Assembly: GCA_049512075.1 (NCBI GenBank)
Contig: JBEKXL010000005.1
Span: 1-64,000, forward strand
Length of the DNA stretch: 64,000 bases
Origin: Candidatus Bathyarchaeia archaeon
GTDB lineage: Archaea > Thermoproteota > Bathyarchaeia > Bathyarchaeales > Bathycorpusculaceae
Direction: 5' to 3'
The translations under genes were made by a program, and so were the position numbers. Positions 28,685 to 38,265 of the stretch are shown piece after piece (position 1 is the stretch's first letter; each line of letters starts with the position of its first letter). A model generated the notes under the pieces. The model had not been told where the DNA came from. It was given only the letters and a program-made list of their open reading frames with translations, and did not search any database.

Positions 28685-29266
28685 GTGTTCGAGGCAGACG
28701 ACTTGTACGTTCACAGGTTCTTCGATGATGAAAAAGAAAGGAGAAAATGGCAAAACCCAGAAGCCATTCTGGTTGACGCGGGCGTTAAGCCCGGACTCAT
28801 ATTAGTGGACGTGGGCTGTGGGCACGGATTCTTTGCGCTTCCGGCCGCGAGGCTTGTGGGCAATGAAGGGAGAGTCTACGGTTTGGACGCTGATTCTGAG
28901 GCGATTGATAGGTTGAAGGAAAAAGCCGCGAAACAAAAACTGAGAAACCTCATCTTGGAAGTGGGAATGGCTGAACAAACCGTCCTCTGTGATTCATGCG
29001 CAGATATTGTTTTCTTCGGAATAGTCCTTCACGACTTCGCGGATACAAGCAAAGTCTTGTCAAACGCCAAGAAAATGCTCAAGCCCACTGGTCGACTTAT
29101 AGACCTTGACTGGAAAAAGGAACTCATGCAGTTAGGCCCACCCTTACGAATAAGATTCAACGAAAAGAAAGCCTCCAATCTCATCGAGAAAGCAGGCTTC
29201 AGAATAGATGAGGTAAAGGAAGAAGGACTCTACCACTACATGATAGTGGCAACGCCAAAGTCTTGA
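28685..29266 (+). CDS. Class I SAM-dependent methyltransferase
   Basis: VDVGCGHGFF motif I, VYGLD, LKPTGRL, DWKK...GPP. Confidence 0.85.
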   Translation: MFEADDLYVHRFFDDEKERRKWQNPEAILVDAGVKPGLILVDVGCGHGFFALPAARLVGNEGRVYGLDADSEAIDRLKEKAAKQKLRNLILEVGMAEQTVLCDSCADIVFFGIVLHDFADTSKVLSNAKKMLKPTGRLIDLDWKKELMQLGPPLRIRFNEKKASNLIEKAGFRIDEVKEEGLYHYMIVATPKS

Positions 29267-29609
29267 CCAAACCTGCCGGGACTCATCTAATCTCTAGGGA
29301 CTCAGCTTGGACAGAAAGGCAGAACTTCATTAACAGCACGCGATTCTGAACGACAGCCAATACGCAGAACTCACACTAGGCCAACACATAACTATCATAT
29401 TCCTGCTTCCAACAGCAAACCCAGCCCAAACCAGAACGTTCATACTCTGCCTCGAAGGCCACTACTACACCATACACCAATAATCAGGTCGCCAATGCCA
29501 ACTCATTCAGAAACATTGAAATTCGCAATACATACGCCCACCTTTGGCCTCGCTAAACACTCAAGTTGGCGCGTAAATCCGAATCGGAACACGGGTTTAC
29601 CAGTAGAAT

Positions 29610-29725
29610 TGGTGCTCCGGCCGGGATTTGGACCCGGGTCCGCGACTGTCTCCCAGTTTTCTGGTGTCGAGAGGCCGCTATACTTGGTCCTTTGACAAAG
29701 TTTGACCGGACTATACTACCGGAGC
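29610..29725 (-). tRNA. tRNA-Glu(CTC) with two introns and encoded CCA
   Basis: Spliced: GCTCCGGTAGTATAGTCCGGTCAAGTATAGCGGCCTCTCGAGTCGCGGACCCGGGTCCAAATCCCGGCCGGAGCACCA. Introns ~29684-29701 (D-loop) and ~29648-29667 (anticodon loop). Confidence 0.9.
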
Positions 29726-29750
29726 ATTGAAAGAGTGTTTTTTCTTAGAG

Positions 29751-29766
29751 ATAAATATCTTTTGAC
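29751..29766 (-). promoter_or_regulatory. BRE/TATA-like promoter of tRNA-Glu
   Basis: GTCAAAAGATATTTAT ~26-41 nt upstream of the mature tRNA 5' end. Confidence 0.55.
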
Positions 29767-29858
29767 ATGTCCAGGATCGCTGAACATGTCATGGAATAGT
29801 ATTCCATTTCGCTTTGTGGGGCAAGCATTATCTTACGTGCTCGGAAGATTCTGTTCGC

Positions 29859-30098
29859 TTATTCTCTGACTGGAGGTGGAATGGCAATCAGGGTTTCCGT
29901 TTCGCGCACGCCCTTGAGCCGTTGGATCTTCTCTATTATCTTTCCAAGATCCTCAATTTTGGGGAAACTCACCAAAGCCACAACGTCGAACTCCCCCGTC
30001 ACCGCATGTGCCGTTTTCACGCCTTCGATTTTGAGCGTGGACTCCGCGACGTTCCAGAGTGCGTTGGCCTCTGTACTCATGAGAATGTAAGCCTCCAA
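29859..30098 (-). CDS. Stand-alone Lrp/AsnC ligand-binding (RAM) domain protein
   Basis: AYILM...IEGVKTAHAVTGEFDVVA...IQRLKGVRETETLI. Confidence 0.85.
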   Translation of the reverse strand: MEAYILMSTEANALWNVAESTLKIEGVKTAHAVTGEFDVVALVSFPKIEDLGKIIEKIQRLKGVRETETLIAIPPPVRE

Positions 30099-30355
30099 AC
30101 TGGTTCCTCTGGCTGGCTATTTGTCAATCCATGTATAAAAGACTTCGAACGAGTGCAAACGCGCGAAATTGTATGGTTCGTAGAAATCCTGAAGAAGCAA
30201 TATGGTTCGTCCCATAGAGCCAGAAAGAGAAATTAACGTGCCCTAGTGCAGGAGCTGATTTGGCAAACATTCAAATGGGGAAGACATTTGGGGTAGTGTG
30301 AAGGGTGGAAACTAGCTGCCAGGTATCAGCAAAAGATGAATAATTAGAAGGGTTC

Positions 30356-30823
30356 TCACTGGGATGTCTTTGAAGCGTCTTCCATCTCCAGCTCTCTGAC
30401 TCTTGTTTCAATGAATTCAGTGACTCTATTTTGGTTGTATTCCTTTTCTTCCCGCTGTTTTTCCAGCTGCTCTTTGATTGTTTCCAGAATCTTTCCAATC
30501 TCAAAAGGCTTAAGCATATATCCGTCTGCCTTGTTGTTTACAGCCTCTATAGCGTTCTGGATGGATGGAAACCCTGTTATGATTATTTTTCGCATTCTAG
30601 GCACGGTTTCTTTGAATTTTGCGAGAAGCGTTACTCCTTCAATGTCTGGAAGGCGCACGTCAATCAACGCAAGGTTGTAGACTTTCATGTTAGATTTGTC
30701 AATAGCTTCTCTTCCATTTTCCGCCGTCTCAACAACGTATCCTTCGTCTTCCAGTATTGTTGACAAGATTTTTCTTATGCTTTCGTCATCGTCGACGACA
30801 AGGATTCTGGCACGTTCATCCAA
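30356..30823 (-). CDS. Response regulator receiver protein
   Basis: ILVVDDD, LIDVRLPD (phospho-Asp), ITG, YMLKPF; overlaps the kinase 3' end. Confidence 0.92.
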   Translation of the reverse strand: MDERARILVVDDDESIRKILSTILEDEGYVVETAENGREAIDKSNMKVYNLALIDVRLPDIEGVTLLAKFKETVPRMRKIIITGFPSIQNAIEAVNNKADGYMLKPFEIGKILETIKEQLEKQREEKEYNQNRVTEFIETRVRELEMEDASKTSQ

Positions 30824-33800
30824 ATTTCCTCACCCCCCTCAACTTTAGGCTCGATAGGAACGGTTATGGTGAAGGTTGTACCCTTCCCAACAGCGCTTTC
30901 GACAGAGATCTTGCCGCCGTGAGCTTCAACAACGCGCTTGCAGATTGGCAGACCGAAGCCCATTCCCTTAGCCTTAGTCGTGAAAAGTGGTCTCCACAGC
31001 TTGTCCAGCACCTGTTTCGACATTCCGATTCCAGTATCAGAAAAGGCAATCTGAACGTTGTTGTTGACTCTTCTGCTCTTTATCGTAAGTGTGCCGCCTA
31101 TGGGCATCGCGTCAAACGCATTCTTGATCATGTTGGCAAAGGTTCTTTTCATTTTGTCAATGTCGACCTCCATCCGCGGCTTTGTCCTGCTGAAGTTTAT
31201 CACTCGAATGTTCTCTGGGACCGTCACAAGTAACAAGGCTTCCCGCACTAGCGATCTTGGAGTGATCCCCACAAGTTCCAGCTTAATCTCTCTTGAGTAT
31301 TCCAGTAGGTCGTTTATGATTTTGTTCGAGTATTCTATATCCTTCTCAATAATCTCCAACATCTCGCTTGCTTTGGCATCCATTTTCTTGCTAAGCTTCA
31401 TCTTCAAATAGTAAGCAGCACCGGTGATACCGGTCAACGGATTGCGCAGGTCATGACCAATCATTGCGGCTAGTTCTCCTATCGCAGCAAGTCTTTCGGA
31501 CTTGAAAAGTTGTTGTTCCATTTGTTTACGTGCGGTTATGTCTTTCGTCATTGCCACAAATCCAATCGCTTTGCCAGAAGCGTCTTTGATGACTGTGGCA
31601 GAGAGCTCAGTGGGGAATTCACGACCGTCTTTGGTTACGAATGTATACTCAACATTCTTTATCGATCCTTGTTCAAACGTTTTCTTCATGTTCTCGGTGG
31701 CTTTCTGATGATCTTTGTTTGAAATCAGCATGAGGACGCTCTTTCCGATCAATTCCTTTTTCGCTGAATAACCGTGAGTTTTAACTGCCTGCTCGTTGCA
31801 TTCAATGATTTTCCCTTCCAGATCAGTTGCGGTGATGGCATCTGGCGAAGCAGCAAATATGCTTCTGAGTTTTTCTTCGCTTTCTTTCAGGTTTCTAGTT
31901 CTTTCTTTGACCTTTTCCTCCAGATGGTTTGCATATCCTTCAAGTTGTTTCTTGGCGTCGTTCAACTGCTGGATCAGTCTGGCGCTTTCTATTGCAACTG
32001 CAGCTTGATGAGCAAACAGTTCAAGTGGGGCAAGCGACTCTTTAGTCGGACGCCGTCCATTGGCTGGGTCGTCCATGCTCATTATGCCCACCACTTGACC
32101 GCTTGGCAACCGCAACGGAATGTACAACAAGTCGTCTGGGTTCCAATCAACTGTGTCTTTTTTGGGAACCTTGCTGGACAGTGCATACTTGAACTGTTGT
32201 CGGACGAGTGGATCGCTCCAGGGCAGATAATAAAATTCGCCCAGTCGGTAACATTCAAACATTGAGCTCAAACGTTTTCGCCACAGGTCTCCTGGTGCTT
32301 GGTGTCCCTTGAGGTACTGTTCTTCTTTTGGTGTTAAGCCTGCTGTCACGATGTCTGTGGTGTTTAGGTCTTCATCTCGCAGGGATATGACTACTCTTCT
32401 CCAGCCCTGTTCGCGAACTGCTTCGGCGACTGTCTTGAGTCGTTTGCGCATGTCCATGGTGCGCAACATTAACGCAGAGCTTTTCATCAGGCTTTCGAGT
32501 TTCTTGGAGATGCCCCGTTGCTTCTCCTCGTCTTCTTTCAACGTCTGTTCCATTCTTTTTCGTTCTGTGATGTCTCTGATTATGCCCACTGCTTGCCATT
32601 CGCCCTTCATTTGGAGGGCCGAGAGAGAAAGCTCTACGGGAAGTTCTTTTCCGTCTTTGTTCTTTGCTGCGAATTCTATCTTCTTTCCGACAAGGGAATA
32701 ATGGCCGGTTTTACTGAGCCCATCCAATGCTTTGTGGATGTCCTTGTGAAAGTGTTTGGGAACGATAAGTCTGAATAGGTCTTTGCCGCTTGCTTCCTCG
32801 TTTGTGTACCCAAAAATTCTTTGGGCTGCAGGATTCCAATACGAGATTTTTCCTTCAGCACCCACCAAGATTATCGCATCCATTGCAGAGGCACTTATCA
32901 CGCGGAATCTTTCCTCACTATCTCGCATTTGAGACAGTGCCTGGTTACGCTTTTCTTCAACGCCGATGGCTGAAGCCAGTAGCCCGATAATCTTCTTGTC
33001 CTCCTCGCTCGGGCTGAAATCCTCTTGGTAGACGAGGCACAGGGAACCGATGTATGATTCATCGAATTTTACCGCCATCCCGACGTATGTCTGCAGTTTG
33101 TAATGTGCAACGTTTGGATCTGTCTTGGCATACGATGTGTCCTGCAAGTTATTGATCACCGTAATGTTGTCTGCGCCCTGCCGAATCACGTCGTAGCAGA
33201 TATGTCCGTCGGGCTTGTCGACAGGATTATAGTCTGGAGGAGTGTTCCATCTTCCGACGGAACACAACATTCCTTGATCAAGCCGATTGTAGAGAGCGCA
33301 GGTTGCGCCTAAAAGCTCCCCACACAAAGCAACGATCCGGTTGATGTTCTCACCAGGGTCAGCTTTGAAACTTAGAAAACACCTGTTCAGCTTTTCCATT
33401 CGCTCTTCTGTTTTCTTGCGTTCAGTTACGTCACGGACGATACCCAATTCGCCTATGATTTTGCCTTTCTCAGTCTGAGGCTTGCTTGTGAATTCTCCAG
33501 TAAGGTATTCGCCAGATTTTGAACGGATACGCAGCTCATAGGGCGGGACAACTTCTCCGGCCAATGTCTTTTGAAAAGTCTCTATTGCAAGGGGCAGATC
33601 ATCGGGATGAATTATTGACATGAAAGATTTGCCTAGCCATTCGGAACGCTGCCAGCCTGTTATCGTCTCGAACGCGGGGTTCAATGAAGTGATGGTTCCG
33701 CCCTGGGCTGAAATTGTGTAGATTGCTTCCGGCGCAGTTTCGACAAGATTGCAGTAACGTTCTTCTCCTTCCTGAAGAGTTTCCTCTTTTTGCTGGCGCG

Positions 33801-34629
33801 GAGTCGGTTTCTCAAGTGTCACGCCAATGCAGTTGTTGTGAAGAGGAAAGACCTTGACTGAAAAGATGCTTCCGGATATACGTTCGTCGCCATAATGGAT
33901 TTCTCCTAGGTCTTTCGCCTTGCCGGACCGAACGACTTCAGCACATATTCTTGCAAACTCTGTGTCAAGCAGCTTGGGGAAGACTTCCGTCAAAGTTCTT
34001 CCTAGAACAGCTTTTTTCGGCAGTCCTGTGATCTGTTCAGCTGCAGGATTACTGAAAATCAGTCTAAGAGATCCCGTGTCATCTGGGTTTTCTAGGCTCC
34101 AAACATCCAAACCGATTTGCATGCTGTCGAGTATGCTTTCGCAAAGCCTGGCATAGCTTCTTGTCTCCTCGGAGTCGATTCCCTCTTCTGTGGCAACTTT
34201 GAAGCCAACGGTATTATCGGGAGAAGACTTCTCTGTCCTTATTTCTTCTTTTCTCGAATCGTCTTTCGTTTTTTCTTCTATCAAACTCATTTTCCACCTT
34301 AACTCGTTTATTCTATCTGAAAATTGAAAGCCCTCCTTCTCTTCATGATCAAGTCCAATCCTTTGGCAGAGATTCCTTATGATCAATTTCTCGATGACCA
34401 CCGCGGCTGAACCTAAAAGCCTCTCCAAACCAGCGGAAAACACGTCAGGATTCTTCAGTATGTCTTCTCGTTTCAACTGAAAGTTTTTCTCAAAAGAAGC
34501 ATAGATAACTTGAATACCTACTCCTTTGAAAACTTGCTCTAGCGTTTCGTCCATGACGGCGAGCAACATGGCATCCGATTTTCTGTTTGTTTTTCCAATT
34601 TTATTTTCAGATTTGGGGCGAAATGCCAT
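30775..34629 (-). CDS. Soluble multi-sensor histidine kinase (DUF3227-like, PAS, PAS, GAF, PAS, GAF, PAS, HisKA, HATPase)
   Basis: GHDLRNPL H-box; NAFDAM, DTGIGM, FTTKAKGMGFGL boxes; repeated RDxTxRK PAC ends; no TM segment seen. Confidence 0.93.
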   Translation of the reverse strand: MAFRPKSENKIGKTNRKSDAMLLAVMDETLEQVFKGVGIQVIYASFEKNFQLKREDILKNPDVFSAGLERLLGSAAVVIEKLIIRNLCQRIGLDHEEKEGFQFSDRINELRWKMSLIEEKTKDDSRKEEIRTEKSSPDNTVGFKVATEEGIDSEETRSYARLCESILDSMQIGLDVWSLENPDDTGSLRLIFSNPAAEQITGLPKKAVLGRTLTEVFPKLLDTEFARICAEVVRSGKAKDLGEIHYGDERISGSIFSVKVFPLHNNCIGVTLEKPTPRQQKEETLQEGEERYCNLVETAPEAIYTISAQGGTITSLNPAFETITGWQRSEWLGKSFMSIIHPDDLPLAIETFQKTLAGEVVPPYELRIRSKSGEYLTGEFTSKPQTEKGKIIGELGIVRDVTERKKTEERMEKLNRCFLSFKADPGENINRIVALCGELLGATCALYNRLDQGMLCSVGRWNTPPDYNPVDKPDGHICYDVIRQGADNITVINNLQDTSYAKTDPNVAHYKLQTYVGMAVKFDESYIGSLCLVYQEDFSPSEEDKKIIGLLASAIGVEEKRNQALSQMRDSEERFRVISASAMDAIILVGAEGKISYWNPAAQRIFGYTNEEASGKDLFRLIVPKHFHKDIHKALDGLSKTGHYSLVGKKIEFAAKNKDGKELPVELSLSALQMKGEWQAVGIIRDITERKRMEQTLKEDEEKQRGISKKLESLMKSSALMLRTMDMRKRLKTVAEAVREQGWRRVVISLRDEDLNTTDIVTAGLTPKEEQYLKGHQAPGDLWRKRLSSMFECYRLGEFYYLPWSDPLVRQQFKYALSSKVPKKDTVDWNPDDLLYIPLRLPSGQVVGIMSMDDPANGRRPTKESLAPLELFAHQAAVAIESARLIQQLNDAKKQLEGYANHLEEKVKERTRNLKESEEKLRSIFAASPDAITATDLEGKIIECNEQAVKTHGYSAKKELIGKSVLMLISNKDHQKATENMKKTFEQGSIKNVEYTFVTKDGREFPTELSATVIKDASGKAIGFVAMTKDITARKQMEQQLFKSERLAAIGELAAMIGHDLRNPLTGITGAAYYLKMKLSKKMDAKASEMLEIIEKDIEYSNKIINDLLEYSREIKLELVGITPRSLVREALLLVTVPENIRVINFSRTKPRMEVDIDKMKRTFANMIKNAFDAMPIGGTLTIKSRRVNNNVQIAFSDTGIGMSKQVLDKLWRPLFTTKAKGMGFGLPICKRVVEAHGGKISVESAVGKGTTFTITVPIEPKVEGGEEIWMNVPESLSSTMTKA

Positions 34630-34927
34630 GTTCTACCTCTCTACCATAGGAAACTTGCATGTTCAGGTTTCTGCTAGCAGACTCCCGGTTGGCAGTCAAA
34701 ATTGACTAGGCCTTATGATTTATCCATTATGAATTTCGAGTACGTATTACTCCTAACGTTGTCTTCGACCATTTTTTTTGATCGATAGATACCGTTATTC
34801 TGTGCTCTCAATCGACATACACATGCAGAATAAGTGCTGGCTCGAAGGTTGCCTTGGTTGGATACCTGTCGCACAGAGAAAAACGCGGAAAAAGTCTCAA
34901 AGCTAGGCCTGAGCGTTCGTCACCGAG

Positions 34928-34941
34928 ACGAGTATACTCGT
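34928..34941. promoter_or_regulatory. Perfect 14-bp palindrome ACGAGTATACTCGT, candidate operator
   Basis: In the ~520-bp intergenic region upstream of the kinase; ACGAGTATA recurs at 34996-35004. Confidence 0.4.
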
Positions 34942-35152
34942 TTGTCCAAGACCTAGTCTGCCTTATCATTCTCGTTTATGTTTTCTTGTTAGCATACGAG
35001 TATATCAAAACAAAATGCGCGCGCGAGTGATTATGGCCAGTGACTTGTATGCTTAAACAAGTTGGGAGCGATTGTTTAAAAAAGTGTACGTGATGCCTAA
35101 CAAGTAGAGAACCTACTCTAAGGTGTGGTGTGCTGTAACTCCATGCGTGCAA

Positions 35153-35365
35153 CTATTGCACAGTTGGTTCCTTCCACTTTTCTATTGTCAGCTTGTTCTC
35201 TCCGTGTTTGAAGTTTATCTTAACAGGAATCGAATCGGCTCCCCTCTTTGTCCTGGTGTATTCTTTGAACGGAAACATACTGTCCTCAGCCAAGTCCACG
35301 GGTAGGTAAAGCAAATATTTCCCGTCTTTCCTTCTGAACAAGCGTCCTCTTCCTTCGCTCACCAA
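35153..35365 (-). CDS. Small hypothetical protein (AbrB-like swapped-hairpin pattern)
   Basis: MVSEGRGRLFRRKDGKYLLYLPVDLAEDSMFPF; GAGGTG Shine-Dalgarno upstream. Confidence 0.65.
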   Translation of the reverse strand: MVSEGRGRLFRRKDGKYLLYLPVDLAEDSMFPFKEYTRTKRGADSIPVKINFKHGENKLTIEKWKEPTVQ

Positions 35366-35681
35366 ATTGTATCACCTCGATTAAATCCAAAGTTTAAGAG
35401 CTAACTCATAGGGAAGAGACTATTTAATCTTTGTTCTCAAATAATGCAAAAAGAACAGTGATTGTCTTCTCAGGTTCCCACAAAAGTGAATCACCTGTAA
35501 AAGATCACGCCAAAATCGATGACATAAACTGAACACAAACCGCGGGGTCGTGGGCGTTGTCACTCAAGGTCTTCCAAGCGAACAAGCAGTTTAGGCGACT
35601 ATCTTCTGTCTTCAGAGTATGTGCGGGCGCTGAGATTGACGATTTCTACGCAACCATCCTTATTCGTGTATATGCCCTTTC

Positions 35682-36827
35682 TCAGGTCTTTTCTTCAAAG
35701 AGCATGGCGGCTCTGCTCAGAATTTCCCTAATCTGCAGGTGTTGAGGGCAAAGCTCTTCACATTTGCCACATCTCACACATCTCTTAGCTTGGCTTTCAG
35801 GCGTGATGTGTTCCCAGTACTTGCGTTTTATCTCGTCGTCCTTATTCCTTACGTAGTATTCATTGTAAAGTGAGAATATTTCGGGCACGCTCACTCCTTC
35901 TGGGCAGGGCATGCAGTATCTGCAGCCTGTGCATCCGATGAAGCCTAGTCTCTTGTATTTGCGCTTGACTTGCCTGATGATGCTCAGTTCTTTGTCGGTG
36001 AGTATGTTGGCGCCTGATCTGTTTGCGCTGTCCAAGTTTTCTTTCACCTGTTGAATGGTGCTCATTCCGCTGAGGACAACAGAGACCTCAGGATGGTTCC
36101 AGACCCATTGAAGCGCCCACTCCGCCGGTGTTCTCTTGATACTGGCTTTGTTCCAAGATTCTTGGATCTCTTTGGGAGCTACAGTAGCCAGCCTTCCGCC
36201 GGCTATGGGTTCCATCACGACAACTGCCAAACCTTTGGAAGCGGCATAATTCAGCCCTTTTGTGCCAGCTTGGTACTGTTCGTCCATGTAGTTGTACTGG
36301 ATTTGGCAAAGTGTCCAACCGTCGTAGCCGTCTACGATTTTCTTGAAAGTGCTATACTCATCATGGAAACTGAAACCCAAGTGCTTGAACTTCCCTTCGT
36401 CCATCTTCTTCTCAGCCCACTTCAACACGTCCAACTCTTTGAGTTTCTGCCAGCCTTCTTTTCCAAGTCCGTGCAATAAGTAGAAATCCACGTAGTTCAG
36501 CCGGAGCCTCGAAAGCTGTTCATCCAAGTACTTATCCATGTCCTCTCGGGACTTGATAAGCCAAGACGGCATCTTCGTGGCCAATCTTGTTTTCTCACGG
36601 TATCCGTCTTGCAGCGCCTTTCCAACAATTCTTTCACTGTTTCCCCTGTGATAAGGATACGCCGTGTCCAGATAATTCACGCCGTGGTCGAGCGCATACC
36701 TGATCATCTTTAAAGCTTCGGGCTCGTTGATTTTCGAGGCATCTCCATCGACAATGGGCAGCCTCATCGCACCAAATCCCAGAGCCGAAGCTTTCCAGCC
36801 CAGCTTGCCAAACTTCCTGTACTTCAC
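35682..36827 (-). CDS. Aldo/keto reductase with C-terminal 4Fe-4S dicluster
   Basis: LGFGAMRLP, DTAYPYH, GFSFH, QIQYNY, VMEP; CTGCRYCMPCP and CVRCGKCEELCPQ. Confidence 0.9.
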   Translation of the reverse strand: MKYRKFGKLGWKASALGFGAMRLPIVDGDASKINEPEALKMIRYALDHGVNYLDTAYPYHRGNSERIVGKALQDGYREKTRLATKMPSWLIKSREDMDKYLDEQLSRLRLNYVDFYLLHGLGKEGWQKLKELDVLKWAEKKMDEGKFKHLGFSFHDEYSTFKKIVDGYDGWTLCQIQYNYMDEQYQAGTKGLNYAASKGLAVVVMEPIAGGRLATVAPKEIQESWNKASIKRTPAEWALQWVWNHPEVSVVLSGMSTIQQVKENLDSANRSGANILTDKELSIIRQVKRKYKRLGFIGCTGCRYCMPCPEGVSVPEIFSLYNEYYVRNKDDEIKRKYWEHITPESQAKRCVRCGKCEELCPQHLQIREILSRAAMLFEEKT

Positions 36828-36916
36828 GAAGGTCCCTTCATCTGGTCGGATTACCCAAAGACGAGTCTGCTTATAGGTATTCTGGGTTGGCTTCTGATGC
36901 GGATATCCTGCGTGTG

Positions 36917-37277
36917 CTACGATCTCCTTGTTTCTTTTCTCTTTCTGAAGACAATCATTATCGGGCTTACGAAAGCCTTTCTTTCTTCGTCAGTGGTCGT
37001 CCGATAGTCCGTGAATCTGTCCTCTGAATACCTGGTGAAGGTGGTGAGAGTTGAATGTGGTTTATGCGAGCGCACGTCAGACCTGTTTGAAAGGTACGTT
37101 GAAACTGTGTACCTTCTTTTTTCTCCGAGGAGTCCAAACCTTTTCGCTGGTCGTTCCACTCTTCAGGGTAAAGCCTGTTAGCGTTTCAATTAAGTCCCTT
37201 ACCGTGAATGCTTCTTTCGGTTTGCTTTTGATGGTCTCCTCAATCTTGCTTTCTTCGATAAGCGGTTTTGACGTCAT
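36917..37277 (-). pseudogene. Hypothetical protein disrupted by about two frameshifts
   Basis: Three frames join into one protein-like sequence: MTSKPLIEESKIEETIKSKPKEAFTVRDLIETL / NRLYPEEW / RPAKRFGLLGEKRRYTVSTYLSNR...; shifts near 37180 and 37155. Confidence 0.55.
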
Positions 37278-37324
37278 TCTAACGGTCATCGACCAGTTCA
37301 GACTGCTTGTGTGCGCCTCATTTC

Positions 37325-37678
37325 TTAGATGCTCGATTGCAGTAGGAGGATGGCTTTCGCTAGGTCTCCTTGGCATTCTTCCAGAGCTTTTCTCGCTTCT
37401 TCCAAGCTTTTTCCTGTTTGGTCCGCTACAAGCCTGACGTCTTCTTCAGCTACGCCTGACGGTTTGCGCTCTGCCGCTTTCTCGGTGATTTTTCCACCTG
37501 TCACCTGAAAAATTTTCTGTCCCTGCATTTCAAGCATTGCAACTTCAGGCTCTTCTATGGTGATCTCTCTGCTGCTCGTTTTGATGATGACTTGCTCAAC
37601 ATCTGTCACCGCATCCATGTTCAGGCCCATACGTTGCATCATGCGCTTTGCTTCTCGAGGATTCACACGCCTGTGCAT
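37325..37678 (-). CDS. nac: Nascent polypeptide-associated complex protein
   Basis: RMMQRMGLNM, VIIKT, QGQKIFQV; UBA-like EEDVRLVADQTG...GDLAKAIL. Confidence 0.93.
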   Translation of the reverse strand: MHRRVNPREAKRMMQRMGLNMDAVTDVEQVIIKTSSREITIEEPEVAMLEMQGQKIFQVTGGKITEKAAERKPSGVAEEDVRLVADQTGKSLEEARKALEECQGDLAKAILLLQSSI

Positions 37679-37724
37679 AGTCTCACTCTACCTGCGTAAC
37701 ATTTGCAATTCAAACTTCATATAC

Positions 37725-38210
37725 TTAACCTTCCTCAAGACATCCACGCCGAACTTTCACGGCGACGCCGCGCTTAAAGGCCTTCATTTCTTGACCCGAA
37801 AGAACAGCCCGCCCTACTGCCAAGATATTGCCCTCTTCGTCAAGCACGATGATTTCGTCTTTGGCGCGAACCTCGTCATCAGCTCTCACGACGTGTGCAG
37901 CAAAAACGTCGCCACCTTCAGCTATGAACTTCGCGACATCGCTCCGGACAGCGACAAAACATTTTGCAGGTTGCCTGCCGTGAACAACTCTCCTAGCTCC
38001 GTCAATGCTCAAGGAGAAGAAGCCGTCTGTCGGGCGCATGGTTCCAAGTCGTTTACCCTCTAGGTAGACGTAGCGGATTCGGCCTGTGTTCCTTGAGAAA
38101 ACGATTTTCACGTTTTCGGGAAAAAGTGCCGCGCCCACTCCTTTACCGAACTGATAATCTGCAACGCTTCTGATCCTTCTCAAGGCATCTTCCAAGCAGG
38201 TCACCAGCAA
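37725..38210 (-). CDS. PUA-domain RNA-binding protein (arcTGT C-terminal-like)
   Basis: IRSVADYQFGKG, TGRIR, VFAAHV, AVGRAVLSGQEM...GVAVKVRRG. Confidence 0.85.
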   Translation of the reverse strand: MLVTCLEDALRRIRSVADYQFGKGVGAALFPENVKIVFSRNTGRIRYVYLEGKRLGTMRPTDGFFSLSIDGARRVVHGRQPAKCFVAVRSDVAKFIAEGGDVFAAHVVRADDEVRAKDEIIVLDEEGNILAVGRAVLSGQEMKAFKRGVAVKVRRGCLEEG

Positions 38211-38265
38211 AGGCCAAATTCTGTTTCGACAACTATAAACACCACTAATAATAAAAGCAGTTCAG

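Noticed and set aside
29267-29609. A/C-skewed non-coding stretch at the tRNA 3' end, possible integrated-element scar
   Set aside because: No integrase remnant and no second att copy of the tRNA 3' end seen in the window.
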